NCBI RefSeq assembly: GCF_006345805.1
Contig: NC_043012.1
Span: 38,316,001 to 38,380,000, forward strand
Reading direction: 5' to 3'
Length of the DNA stretch: 64,000 bases
From: Octopus sinensis
Lineage: Eukaryota
A program made the translations under genes and the position numbers. This document shows, piece by piece, positions 1 through 12,860 of this stretch (positions within the stretch are counted from its first letter, which is position 1; each line of letters opens with the position of its first letter). Under the pieces are notes generated by a model. That model worked only from the letters and a program-made list of their open reading frames with translations. It was not told the DNA's origin and made no database searches.

Positions 1-610
1 AAGTAGCGTTAGAGCTTGTTAGTAAGTAACCACTCTACTCGTTCTGCAAACTAATTTTAGTGAATTCTAGCATGTGTGGCAACGAGCAGCAACAGAATCG
101 TTCCATATACGTCGCCGTGCTGCCTTTGACAAGATCAGTTCTATAGAATTAGTCATTGTTGCAAATATTATCTCTGTTTAGTAAATGGTTTAATATTAGG
201 TTAAGAAGAACATAAAGACTTTGCACCGAGAAGTAACGTTAATTTGATTGGCGTGGTTATTACAGGTAAAAGGTGAACGAGTTGTACCACATTGGATACC
301 GATGTACAGATAGGCAACTTGTGTAAGTCATCAGCAACGAGATACATATCGCCTCCTTGTTTGACATGTATAAAAATACGTATTCTCAGTTTACATCTAA
401 AAATAGTTCTCAATATTCTCATTGACGTTCGTGCAGACAACCTACAACAGTTTCCAGTTCAAGAATTCTGAAGACAATAAACAATTTCCAAGATAAATTG
501 CAAAGGAAGCTTATTAAGTGGAGACAAGCACTGCAAGTGCTTTGCTTCCAAAATTGCAAAGTAAAAGTGCGAGCTACTTATTACCTGAAAATAAGATTCC
601 CCCTCCCCCC

Positions 611-623
611 TCTCTCTCTATCC

Positions 624-704
<81 letters not shown>

Positions 705-739
705 CCTATCTATCCGTCTATCTATCATCTATCTATCTA
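611..739. repeat. (TCTA)n microsatellite at the 5' junction of LINE copy 1
   Basis: Direct reading. Confidence 0.95.
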
Positions 740-3700
740 GCTAACCACTACCACAACCAAAACACTCCGAAAAAAAGCTCTACTACCCACACCACCATCA
801 ACACAGAAGACGACAAGAGAAGCACACTAAGCTAAGCCGTCAACAACCAAAAATTACTCAACACCTGAGAAACTACCACCACCACCAACAACAGCAAGAA
901 CCAAAGGAACAGAAAAACAAAGAAAATATACAAAAACTGAATCCCCATCCCTTATACCGCACTCACCACACACAAACACTCAACAACCAACGGCAACGAA
1001 AACATCAACACAACCACTTACACAGACATATACAGAAGCCTACAACATACCCCTACCCCCTTCTGATACCTCAGAAAATTCGTCGGAAGACGAAACCATT
1101 GAGGAATGGCAAATAGCTAGAAAAGGAAGGAAAATAAAGAGCAGAGACACAACCAAACCAAATGCAAACACAAACAAAACAGGGGGAAATACATCTCCCG
1201 AAGACATTTCAAAACCCAACACAAACAACAGCCACACCAACACCACAAAAATATATACTGCAAACATGCTCACAGCTATAGACACCAAAAACACAAATTT
1301 GATGGAATACATCAAATCAAAAACAAACATAACAGAAGATGACATAAAAACAAGTAATCATCCATACACAACACCACCGGACCACATCAAAATACTTCAC
1401 AAAGAAACTTTACTCGAGGACAAACCAAAGGAGGAGAAAGCAAAAACTTTCGAGCAGTAAGTAACCCTCTGTTCCTTTCACTTGTATTCTAATTCATTAG
1501 GATTATGATCAAGATTGGTTGTGTAAATGCGCGTGGCTTGGGGTCCCCTTGGAAACAAGGGTGCTTCTTAAATAACATAAAGTCACACAAGTTAGAAATC
1601 ATAGGCATAAGTGAGACCAGACTCCACAATCCGCGGGTCCTAATGACCATGTTTGGCGGACAGTTCAACATTTATTTTCCCCCCTGTCTGCCAAGAATGG
1701 GCGGTAGTGGCACCGCGGTACTTTTTCGCAAGAGTCTGGATCTCAAAGTAAAGACAATATTCGTAGACCCGGATGGTAGACTGGTCGTCCTGGATGTCGA
1801 CGGCAGCAATGGGTGCGCTTTTCGACTCGTATCAGTCTACGCACCGCCCTTAACAGGTCGGGCAGATTTCTTTCAACGTCTAGAAGTATTCTTGGGAACG
1901 TCTCGTCCTTTACTCTTAGTGGGGGATTGGAATGCTACCTTGGACGCGCATGTAGACTTCGTGGGCAGAGATAGGAAAAGACGGGGATGCAAATGCCTCA
2001 GAGACCTGCTCAGACGCTTTCAACTGTCTGACAGGTTCCGACTAGACCACCCGAATGCGCCAACGTGGACATGGAGCAACCGCATCGGGTCGTCGAGATC
2101 GTATCTAGATAAGATACTCTGTAGGATAGTAGATAGAGATAGCATAGGATGTCTACAATTGCACATAGTCAGCTACACGGATCACAAACTTGTGACATGT
2201 ACGCTAGACTTAGGTAAGACAATTAGGCAGGGTCCCGGATACTGGAAACTAAACGATTCTTTCCCATCGAGACAGGTTTTCAGAGGGCTTTGACGGGAGC
2301 CACCATCAACAACAAATGGTGGTTTGCCCTCAAGAGAGCAGTAAAAGCAGCGATTAGGTACAGCAAAGCACTAGCCATAGATAGAAATAGAGTAGAGGGT
2401 GAGCTAGTTAAGAAGCTAGAAGAGGCAATTAGAAGCGGCATCGCATCCGACGTTTTGGCGGCGAGAGAGGCCCGGATAGCAGAAGCGCAACAGGGCAACA
2501 AAGCCACCATTCGGTCTCAGGTAGATGAACAGGGGCGCGAATTGCTCGAGCCAAGTAAAATGTGTGAGGCCTTTCGACAGCATTTTGCCCGACTGTTTGG
2601 GACGAGTTGCGGTCAAGAACGTAGGGTGGACTTCAGTGCCTACCTACACAGCCTACCACGACTCTCGACAAGAGAGGCAGGGTGCTGCGAAGGTGCCATC
2701 ACGGCGGTGGAAGTGCAGGACGCGATGGCAGAATGCTCGAGGGGCAAATCGCCGGGTTTGGATGGTCTACCCTACGAGCTTTACAGTTATATGCCAGACT
2801 TGTTTGGAGACGTCTTGGCAGCGGTGTACTGCAACTGGCAGCAAAACGAGAGCATTTCTGGTTTTGTGAGCCGAGGAGCCGTAACACTGCTGAAGAAAGA
2901 TCTAAACAAGGGAAATGTAATAGATAACTTTAGGCCCATCACTCTGCTTAATGCAGACTTGAAAATTTTGGCCAACGTGTTAGCCAAGAGGTTGGCGCTT
3001 GTCATCGAGAAACTGGTCGACAAGGCGCAAACGTGCGCCGTGCCGGGCCGGACCATCCTTGACAACCTCCACCTGATGCGCTACATCATAGACAGGTCGG
3101 TTAACGAACCTGGCATGGGTGGGGTGCTGATCAATTTGGATCAATCGAAAGCTTTCGATACGGTAGACCATCGATACTTGGAGGCTGTCCTCAGAGCGGC
3201 TGGCTTCGGTCCCGTCTTCCGCGGCTGGATAGCCGCTTTGTACAGAGGTATCCATTCGGTAATTCGCGTAAATTGACATCTGTCGAGACCTTTCGACATC
3301 GCACATTCAGTCTGTCAGGGATGCCCCCCTCTCGTCGCATCCATACGTATTGACTCTCGAGCCATTATTGCGGAAGCTGGCAACTCTGAGGGGCATCCCG
3401 CGAGAACTGGGATGCGGGATGAGCGTGTCTGCATACGCGGACGACGTCACCGTCATAGTGTCTAGCCACGAACACATCGAGCAGGTTGGCGAGACACTGA
3501 AAAACTACGAAGCGGTACAGGAGCGAAAATCAACCGGGAAAAGTCAGTGGGCTTGCAACTAGGCACCTGGAAAAGAAAGCCCATGCCGTCCACCAGCACC
3601 TCCGTCGTGGGACGCTGTACCGACGGTCCGGTCGAGTTGCTCGGGGTCTGGTTCGGTCCGGACCTCCAAATGGAGAAGAACTGAAACGAGATAACGAGTA

Positions 3701-5206
3701 GGGTGGTCACTCTCGCCCAGCAATGGGCCGAGAGGAAACTGTCCCTAAAAGGTCGGGCGGAGGTGGCGAACACGTACATCGCCTCCGTCATCTACTACCG
3801 CCTCACCGTCGTGCCTTGTCCCGACCCTACCATCACCAAACTAGAACGCATTCTCTTTCGCTTCTTGTGGAAAGGATGCGTCCCGATGGTCAGGCGATCC
3901 ATTTGCTGTCAATACCCGTTAAAAGGAGGTTGGACATGCCGTGGTTGATGATGCGCAGACACGCGCTGGAACTGCGACATCTCAGGCTCTTCGTAGACGA
4001 CGGTGAACAGGTGTGGTCGCCGTTTGTGAGGCACGCATTCCCGCAACTCGTCTCCATGACCGAACTGCAGTCGTGGATCAAAAAGAGGCCGAGGAAGGGC
4101 GAATGGCACCGCGAGTGTCGCGTTGCTCTCAAGCAACTCTGCCGTCCCGGGTCGACCTTGAGTGACTCCATCACAACACAAGCATTCTATAAGGGATTAG
4201 TGGAGGGGAGGTACGACGACGAACTCGGGGCAAACCTGGACGTCGACGAGGAATACCTGACCCGCCTGTTCGGGACGACTTTCGGGCCAGGGCTCATGGA
4301 CAACTTCCAGAGATCCCTGGCCTGGCAGTGCTACCGAGAAGCGCTACCCGTTCGGGACAAGCTCTACAGACACGGCTCGAGAAACACGGGGCCGACCTGC
4401 TCGAGATGCGGTCAGAGCGACGAAACCGTTCTGCACGCACTCGTGCAAAGTCCAACAATTTCCGACCTGTGGGCTTATGTCGAACGACTGCTGTCACGTG
4501 TGGGACGAGTCGGTTTATCAGCTGAGTCTATCGTCAATATCGTCACGCCTCCTTCCTTCAAACGGGAAGGAAGAGCTATTTTCATCATCCTTGTGGCTAT
4601 GGCCAAAGAATGTATCTGGTGGACGCGTCTGAAAGGATTGGAGACAAACACATTCCTCTCTGGTCAATCTCTCAACTTCTTCAAGTATCACTTGAAAAGG
4701 AAAGTGAGAGTAGAGAGGCAAGTTTTGTCTAGCGAATGTTTTTAAAAAGGATGGGTGAATGTAGCAAGGATGGCACGTATGAATGACGAAGCCACCTTGA
4801 GCATAATCCTATGAACCCAGAAATTGAAAACAGAGGGTTACCCACTTGCAAACAAATGTGGTAACATATAACAATATTCGCCGAGGTTACCGTGGTCTTT
4901 TTCGTAGGCTTTTCTTCCCGCGGATAAACCTTATCTGCTTCCCCCTTTACACCATACATCATGAGTCTGTGATACACGATCCCTATTGATTGTTTTTTTT
5001 ATTTTACTCCCTTTTTCCTTTCATTTTCTTCTTCTTTTTTTCCTTTTTTCTTTTCTTTTGTTTCTTTTCCTCTTTTTCTTTTTTTTTCTTTTTTCCCTTT
5101 TACGATCCCTTTTCATCGAAAACCTACGCCACCTTTTTTTTTTTCATCCCCAAAAAGAAAAGCTCTACCTTGTAATTTGTCCCCCCTGTGTGGCTAATAA
5201 AGAAAC
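740..5206 (+). mobile_element. Tx1/L1-clade non-LTR retrotransposon, copy 1 (5'-truncated in ORF1, ORF2 frameshifted)
   Basis: APE endonuclease (MIKIGCVNARGL, ISETRL, LVGDWNA, YTDHKLV), RT (SPGLDGLP, NFRPITLLNAD, LDQSKAFD, YADD at 3434-3445), C-terminal Cys/His motif (CSRCGQSDETVLHAL), pyrimidine-rich 3' UTR ending TGGCTAATAAAGAAAC at 5191-5206. Confidence 0.93.
1505..4814 (+). pseudogene. ORF2 (APE endonuclease + reverse transcriptase) of Tx1-like copy 1, disrupted
   Basis: ORF pieces 1505-2293, 2290-3276, 3350-3562, 3703-3948 and 3723-4745 join into one EN-RT protein broken by frameshifts and stops; terminal TGA at 4812-4814. Confidence 0.9.
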
Positions 5207-5207
5207 T

Positions 5208-5351
<144 letters not shown>

Positions 5352-7946
5352 AAAGCTCGTAGGGTAGACCATCCAAACCCGGTGATTTGTTCCTCGAGCA
5401 TTCTGCCATCGCTTCCCGCACACGGCGGCGGAAGTGCGGGAAGCGATGGCAGAATGCTCGAGGGACAAATCACCGGGTTTGGATGGTCTACCCTACGAGC
5501 TTTACAATTGTATGCCAGACTTGTTTGGAGATCTCTTGGCGGCGGTGTACTGCAACTGGCAGCAAAACGGGAGCATTCCTGGTTTTGTGAGCCGAGGAGC
5601 CGTAACACTGCTGAAGAAAGATCTAAAGAAGGGAAATGTAATAGATAACTTTAGGCCCATCACTCTGCTTAATGCAGACTTGAAAATTTTGGCCAAGTGC
5701 TAGCCAAAGGTTGGCGCTTGTCATCGAGAAACTGGTCGACAAGGCGCAAACATGCGCCGTGCCAGGCCGGACCATCCATGACAACCTCCATCTGATGCGC
5801 TACATCATAGACAGGGTAGTTAACGAACCTGGCATGGGTGGGGCCCTGATCAACTTGGATCAATCAAAAGCCTTTGATAGGGTAGACCATCGATACTTGG
5901 AGGCAGTCCTGAGAGCGGCTGGTTTCGGTCCCGTCTTCCGCGGCTGGATAGCTGCCTTGTACAGAGGCATCCGTTCGGTAATTCGCGTAAATGGACATCT
6001 ATCGAGACCTTTCGACATTGCACGTTCGGTCCGTCAGGGATGCCCCCTCTCGGCGCTTCTATACGTATTGACTCTTGAGCCACTACTACTGCGGAAGCTG
6101 GCGACTCTAAGGGGCATCCCGCGAGAATTGGGATGCGGGACGAGCGTGTCTGCATACGCGGACGACGTCACCGTCATAGTGTCTAGCCACGAGCACATCG
6201 AGCTGGTCGGCGAGACACTGAAAAACTACGAAGCGGTGACAGGAGCGAAAATCAACCGGGAAAAGTCAGTGGGCTTGCGACTAGGCACCTGGAGAAGCAA
6301 GCCCATGCCGTCCACCAGCGCCTCCGTCGTGGGACGCTGTACCGACGGCCCGGTTGAGTTGCTCGGGGTCTGGTTTGGTCCGGACCTCCAAGTGGAGAAG
6401 AACTGGAACGAGATAACGAGTAGGGTGGTCACTCTCGCCCGGCAATGGGCCGAGAGGAAACTGTCCCTAAAAGGTCGAGCGGAGGTGGCGAAACGTACAT
6501 CGCGTCCGTCATCTACTACCGCCTGACCGTCGTACCTTGTCCCGACCCTACCATCACCAAACTACAACGCATCTCTTTCGCTTCTTGTGGAAAGGATGCG
6601 TCCCGATGGTCAGGCGATCCATTTGCTGTCAACACCCGTTAAAAGGAGGGCTGGGCATGCCGTGGTTGATGATGCGCAGACACGCGCTGAGACTGCGACA
6701 TCTCTGGCTCTATGTAGACGACGGTGAACAGGTGTGGTCGCCGTTTGTGAGGCACGCTTTCCCGCAGCTCGTCTCCATGACCGAACTGCAGTCGTGGATC
6801 AAAAAGAGGCCGAGGAAGGGCGAATGGCACCGCGAGTGTCGCGTTGCCTCTCAAGCAACTCTGCCGTCCTGGGTCGACCTTAAGTGACTTCAACACAACC
6901 AAAGCATTCTATAGGGGTTTAGTGGAGGGGAGGTACGACGACGAGCTCGGGGCGAACCTGGACGTCGACGAGGAGTACCTGACCCGCCTGTTCGGGACGA
7001 CTTTCGGGCCAGGGCCCATGGACAACTTCCAGAGATCCCTGGCCTGGCAGTGCTACCGAGAAGCGCTACCCGTTCGGGATAAGCTCTACAGACACGGCTC
7101 GAGAAACACGGGGCCGACCTGCCCGAGATGCGGTCAGAGCGACGAAACCGTTCTGCACGCACTCGTTCAGTGTCAACAATTTCCGACCTGTGGGCTTATG
7201 TCGAACAACTGCTGTCACGTGTGGGACGAGTCGGTTTATCAGCTGAGTCTATCGTCAATATTGTCACGCCTCCTTCCTTCAAACGGGAAGGAAGAGCTAT
7301 TTTCATCATCCTTGTGGCTATGGCGAAAGAATGTATCTGGTGGACGCGTCTGAAAGGATTGGAGACAAACACTTTCCTCTCTGGTCAATCTCTCATCAAC
7401 TTCTTCAAGTACCACTTGAAAAGGAAAGTGAGAGTAGAGAGGCAAGTTTTGTCTAGCGAATGTTTTAAAAAAAGATGGGTAATGTAGCAAGAATGGCACG
7501 TATGAATGACGAAGCCACCTTGAGCATAGTCCTATGAACCCAGAAATCGAAAACAGAGAGTTGCTTATTTGCAAAAAAAAAAAAAAAAAAAAAAAAATAT
7601 AAAATGTGACTTCATTGACCGAGGTTACCGTGGTCTTTTCCGTAGGCTTTTCTTTCCACGGGTAAACCTCACCTGTCCTCCCCTTTACACTTCATATTGA
7701 CATTTCTGTGATAACGATCCCTATTGATCAATTTTTTTTTCCTCTCCCCCCTTTTTTTTTTTTTTTTTTTTCCCCCCCCCCCCTTTTTTTGTCCTCTTTC
7801 TCTCTTTCTCTTTTACGATCCCTTTTGATCGAAACTCCCCTTCCCCTTTTTTTTTTTTTTTTTTTTTTTTTAAACCTTCAAAAGAAAAGCTCTCTACCTT
7901 GTATTTGTTCTATCTGTGTGCAGCCCTGTGTGGCTAATAAAGAAAC
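5352..7946 (+). mobile_element. Tx1-like LINE copy 2 (5'-truncated inside RT, fold-back at 5' end)
   Basis: Highly similar to 2701-5206; QGCPLS and YADD (6155-6166); same 3' terminus at 7931-7946; 70-bp inverted duplication 5352-5421 / 5434-5503. Confidence 0.93.
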
Positions 7947-8270
7947 ATATCCGATCTATTATCTATCTATCTATCTATCTTCTATATATATATATATATA
8001 TTTATCTATCTATCATCTATCTATCTATCTATCTATCTATTATCTATTATCTATCTATGTATCTTCTATTCTCTATCTATCTCTATCTATCTGTGTCTGT
8101 CTGTCGTTCTATTATCTATCTATCATCTATGTATCTATCTATCTATCTATCATATTTCTATCTATCTATCATCTATCTATCTATCTATCTATCTATATCT
8201 ATCTATTATCTATCTTCTATCATCTATCTATCTATCTATCTATCATCTATTATCTACATCATCTATCTTC
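7947..8270. repeat. Degenerate (TCTA)n tail of LINE copy 2
   Basis: Direct reading. Confidence 0.9.
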
Positions 8271-8469
8271 TGGACAGACAGACGCAAGTCAAATGGGCTC
8301 CACGTAAGTTGGTAATTTTGTACGTTCAAAAGTGTATATTGACAAATATTTTGTGTTTAAAAGTTGTGCAACAACATCCACTGTAAACCTTTGATAAATA
8401 TCTACACAAAATTTTGCCCCTTGTGGGCAAAATTTAAAAGAAAAAATTCTCATAGCCTTCGTGGTTCCA

Positions 8470-11400
8470 TTTAGCCATTTTATTTCCAAAATGGCCACTG
8501 GTCACCACGAGGCTGAGTTGCAAGTCAAGCGTGACGCAGAACAAAAAAAAAACAGGATGCCCTGCTAGCATACGCTGAACCTGACAACAACACCACCACC
8601 ACCACCACCACCATCAGCAACAACTATAAAACAAAGGTCGTAAAGCCAAGCACCGTCACCATCATCAACACCGACACCACCACCATAGCAGCTTCTGCTA
8701 CGACAACTGCTTCCTCTACCAACAACAACAAACCAAGGTCACCGACACCCTCCTTGACGACGTTGAGTACCCCACACTGCCTCTTACCACAATCTCATAA
8801 AGCAGGGAAATGGGGGGAAACAACACGAACGCTGACATCGCGACCTCCACTCACAACTAGTAAACAACCCGATTTCACAGTTTACTACTACGACGAACGA
8901 CTCTGCCACAAACATCACACCACCACCCCCACCACCCCACCACCACCTCCACAAAAAACAATTTCGCGGAAGCCATACGACCGAAAAGAAGGATCCTAAA
9001 ATTGACTCACCAACAAACAAGACACAAAGTCCTTGCTCACAAGAGAAGGCGACACAATACATTTACATATTCCACGGAACATCATAGAAGAACACAAAAG
9101 AAGATCATCATTTACAGAATACTCAACACCAAAAGAAAAAGACCGGAAAGCCTACCTAAAGAAAAAATTGAAAAGTGCCTCTCTTCCGTGTGGAAATTCC
9201 GAAATTATGTGAATTGGGGAAGTAAATTTGCTACCGTGCAAGTTCACTTCCATACGGAAGAACTAGCAAAAAGGTTTTCAACCTTACTCTGCGCACAGAC
9301 CAGGTAACAATGGTACCAAGCTACCTTGGGCGCAGAATTACGAAAGTCACAATAAATAATGTGCCGCCCATGGTGAATACCCAGTGGCTGGTATCGGCCA
9401 TCTGCTCCGATATAGAAGAAGCAGATATTTTAGAAACAGCGGACATTCCAGAGGAAAGCTGGACGGGTAAAAAACTCGAAATATTTCTTCAAATCTCCCA
9501 AGAAGTAATAAACCATTTACCAGCCTTTGTTCAACTGGCAAACGACCAAACAATTGTATGTAGTGGTGGAGGGCAGGAGACCAAGATGCTATTTATGCAA
9601 CAGTGAGGCACACCTTAGATACGAGTGCCCAACTGCTGTCAGAAATAGGCAACAGCAACCACTCCCCAAACCTGGAAGGAAACCCCTGCTACCCCACACT
9701 CCTTCAACCCAAAAGACAGGAAAAACAGCGGACGATACAAAAACTGTTTCCCCCTCACCAACCACATCACCAAAAGAGATTACCCTCCGACCATCGCAAC
9801 CAACAAAAGAAGCAAAACATCACCATCAACACAAAAGACAAACCAACACCAGCACCAAGACAACAACCAAAAATACAAATATCAATGACGAAAAGACAAA
9901 TTCTGCCCCTAACACCCAACAACACAAACACAACACAAAACAACAACACCTTCTACAAACACACATATAGTTCCAAACGCTTTGCCTTTACCCTCTTCTG
10001 ATTCGGACACGTCGTCCAACGACGAAAGTTCGACGGAATGGCAATAGCCACAGGGGGTAAAGGAAAAGACCCAAAAAACCCAAAGAAAACGCAACCAAAG
10101 CAGGGAATACCTGAACCCTGAAAACTCCATACACAACAAAACAAGCACCAACACCACAAAAACACATGCTATCAGCGATAGACACAAAAGACTCCAAACT
10201 AATGGAGTACATTACAGGCTACACAAACATCTGTGAAGATGACTTCAAAACGAACAACCATCCACGCACTACACCACCCAAACATATCAAAATACTACAC
10301 ATCACACAAACACACAACACCACAAACTCAAAGCCCTCTTCCCAAATGCTGTAGGGGGTTTCCAAAATATCTGTCCCAAAAACTTTATAGAAACCTCCTC
10401 GAAGACACATCAAAGAACGAGGAAGCCAAAACTTTCGAACAAGTAAGTAACCCTCTGTACTTTCCTTTTTGTGTTTCAAAGCACACACCCCAATAGAATC
10501 ATGGTCAAGATTGGTTGTGTGAATGCGCGTGGTTTGGGGTCTCCTTGGAAACAGGATACCTCCTAAATGACATCAAGTCACATGATTTGGAAATCATAGC
10601 CATAAGTGAGACCAGACTCCACGAGCCACGGGACCTAAAGTCCATGTTTGGCGGACAGTTTAACATTTATTTCGCTCCCTGTCTGCCGAGGATGGGCGGT
10701 AGTGGCACCGCGGTACTTTTTCACAAGAGCCTGGATCTCGAAGTCAAGACGATATTCGTAGACCCGGAGGGTAGACTGGTCGTTCTGGATGTCGACGGCA
10801 GCAATGGGTGCGCTTTTCGACTCGTATCAGTCTACGCACCGCCCTTAACAGGTCGGGCGGATTTCTTTCGACGTCTAGAAGTATTCTTGGGAACGTCTCG
10901 TCCTTTACTCTTAGTGGGGGATTGGAATGCTTACCTTGGACACGCATGTAGACTACGTGGGTAGAGACAGAAACAGAAGGGGATGCAAATGCCTCAGAGA
11001 CCTGCTCAGACGATTCCAACTGTCTGACAGGTACCGACTCGACCACCCAAATGCACCAACGTGGACATGGAGCAACCGCAGTGGCCGTTAAAAGGAGGTT
11101 GGACATGCCGTGGTTGATGATGCGCAGACACGCGCTGGAACTGCGACATCTCAGGCTCTTCGTAGACGACGGTGAACAGGTGTGGTCGCCGTTTGTGAGG
11201 CACGCATTCCCGCAACTCGTCTCCATGACCGAACTACAGTCGTGGATCAAAAAGAGGCCGAGGAAGGGCGATTGGCACCGCGAGTGTCGCGTTGCTCTCA
11301 AGCAACTCTGCCGTCCCGGGTCGACCTTGAGTGACTTCAACACAACCAAAGCATTCTATAGGGGATTGTGGAGGGGAGGTACGACGACGAGCTCGGGGCA

Positions 11401-12318
11401 AACCTGGGCGTCGACGAGGAATACCTGACCCGCCTGTTTCAAAAGACTTTCGGCCCGGGACCTATGGACAACTTCCAGAGATCCTGGCCTGGCGGTGCTA
11501 CCGAGAAGCGCTACCCGTTCGGGATAAGCTCTATAGGCATGGCTCGAGAAACACGGGGCCGACCTGCCCGAAGATGCGTCCAGAGCGACGAAACCGCTCT
11601 GCACGCAATCGTGCAGTGTCCAGCAATTTCCGACCTGCGGGCTTATGTCGAACGACTGCTGTCACGTGTGGGACATGTCGGTTTATCAGCCGAGTCTATC
11701 GTTAATATCGTCACGCCTCCTTCCTTCAAACGGAAGGAAGAGCTATTTTTATCATACTGTGGCTATGGCCAAAGAATGTATCTGGTGGACGCGCCTGAAA
11801 GGAATAGAGACAAACACTTTCCTCTCTGGTCAATCTCTCATCAACTTCTTCAAGTATCACTTGAAGAGGAAAGTGAGAGTAGAGAGGCAAAACAGATGGG
11901 TGAATGTAGCAAGGATGGCACGTATGAATGACGAAGCCACCTTGACTATGATTCTATGAACCATAAAAATTAATACAGAGAGTTGCTTATTTGCAAAAAA
12001 AAAAAAAGAAATATAACATGTGACTTTCATGACCGAGGTTACCGTGGTCTTTTCCGTAGGCTTTTTTTCCACGGGTAAACCTCACCTGTCCTCCCCTTTA
12101 CACTTCATATTGACATTTCTGTGATAATGACCCCTATTATTCATTTTTTTTCTCTCCCCCCCTTTTTTAACCCCTCCACCTTTTTTTTGTCCTTTTTCTT
12201 TCCTTTTACGATCCCTTTTGATCGAAAACCACCACTCTCCTTTTTTACCCCCAAAAGAAAAGCTCTACCTTGTAATTTGTTCTATCTGTGTGCAGCCCTG
12301 TGTGGCTAATAAAGAAAC
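8470..12318 (+). mobile_element. Tx1-like LINE copy 3 (near-complete ORF1, RT domain internally deleted)
   Basis: ORF1 fragments 8491-10496, ORF2 ATG at 10501 with APE domain, jump at 11080-11085 from sequence matching copy 1 position 2084 to position 3916, same 3' terminus ending 12318. The 5' boundary is approximate. Confidence 0.9.
8491..10496 (+). pseudogene. ORF1 (gag-like nucleic-acid-binding protein) of Tx1-like copy 3, frameshifted
   Basis: RRM-like stretch (RRITKVTINNVPP) and a CX2CX4HX4C zinc knuckle (CYLCNSEAHLRYEC, 9587-9628), T/K/N/Q-rich linkers; C-terminus homologous to 1266-1460. Confidence 0.8.
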
Positions 12319-12377
12319 ATATCTATCTACCTATCTATTTATCTATCTATCTATCTATCTGTCTGTCTGTCTGTCCG

Positions 12378-12474
<97 letters not shown>

Positions 12475-12499
12475 TTATCTATCTATCTATCCATCTATC

Positions 12500-12530
<31 letters not shown>

Positions 12531-12860
12531 CTATCTGTCTGTCTGTCTGTCTGTCTGTGTATCTATCTCTGTGTGCTTGTGTAAGTGTGTCTGTCTTGTA
12601 TCTGTCCGTTAGTTTGACTATGTATTTATCTATCTACATAGCATATGGATATATGTATGTGTGTATGTATGCATTATCTGATTATGTTTCTTTCCTTGTA
12701 TGTATGTATGTATGTATGTATGTATGTATTTATATTTACATGTATGTTCGTGTGTTTGTATGTATGTATGTAGTATGTATGTATGTATATATGTATGTAT
12801 GTGTGTATGTATGTATGTGTGTATGTGTGTATGTATGTGTGTATGTATCTATCTATCTAT
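12319..12860. repeat. (TCTA)n / (TCTG)n / (TATG)n compound tract after LINE copy 3
   Basis: Direct reading. Confidence 0.9.

Noticed and set aside
201-440. Possible terminal exon (minus strand, GDMYLVA motif loosely like nucleotide cyclases)
   Set aside because: The similarity is too short and the rest of the cyclase motif is absent.
498-835. ORFs with LSIYLSIY repeats (also 4986-5648, 7708-8386, 12218-12862, 23491-23937, 57012-57397, 63147-63959)
   Set aside because: Translations of (TCTA)n microsatellites.
11071-11090. RT loss in copy 3 caused by splicing
   Set aside because: The deleted segment does not have GT..AG ends, and 4 filler bases are present.
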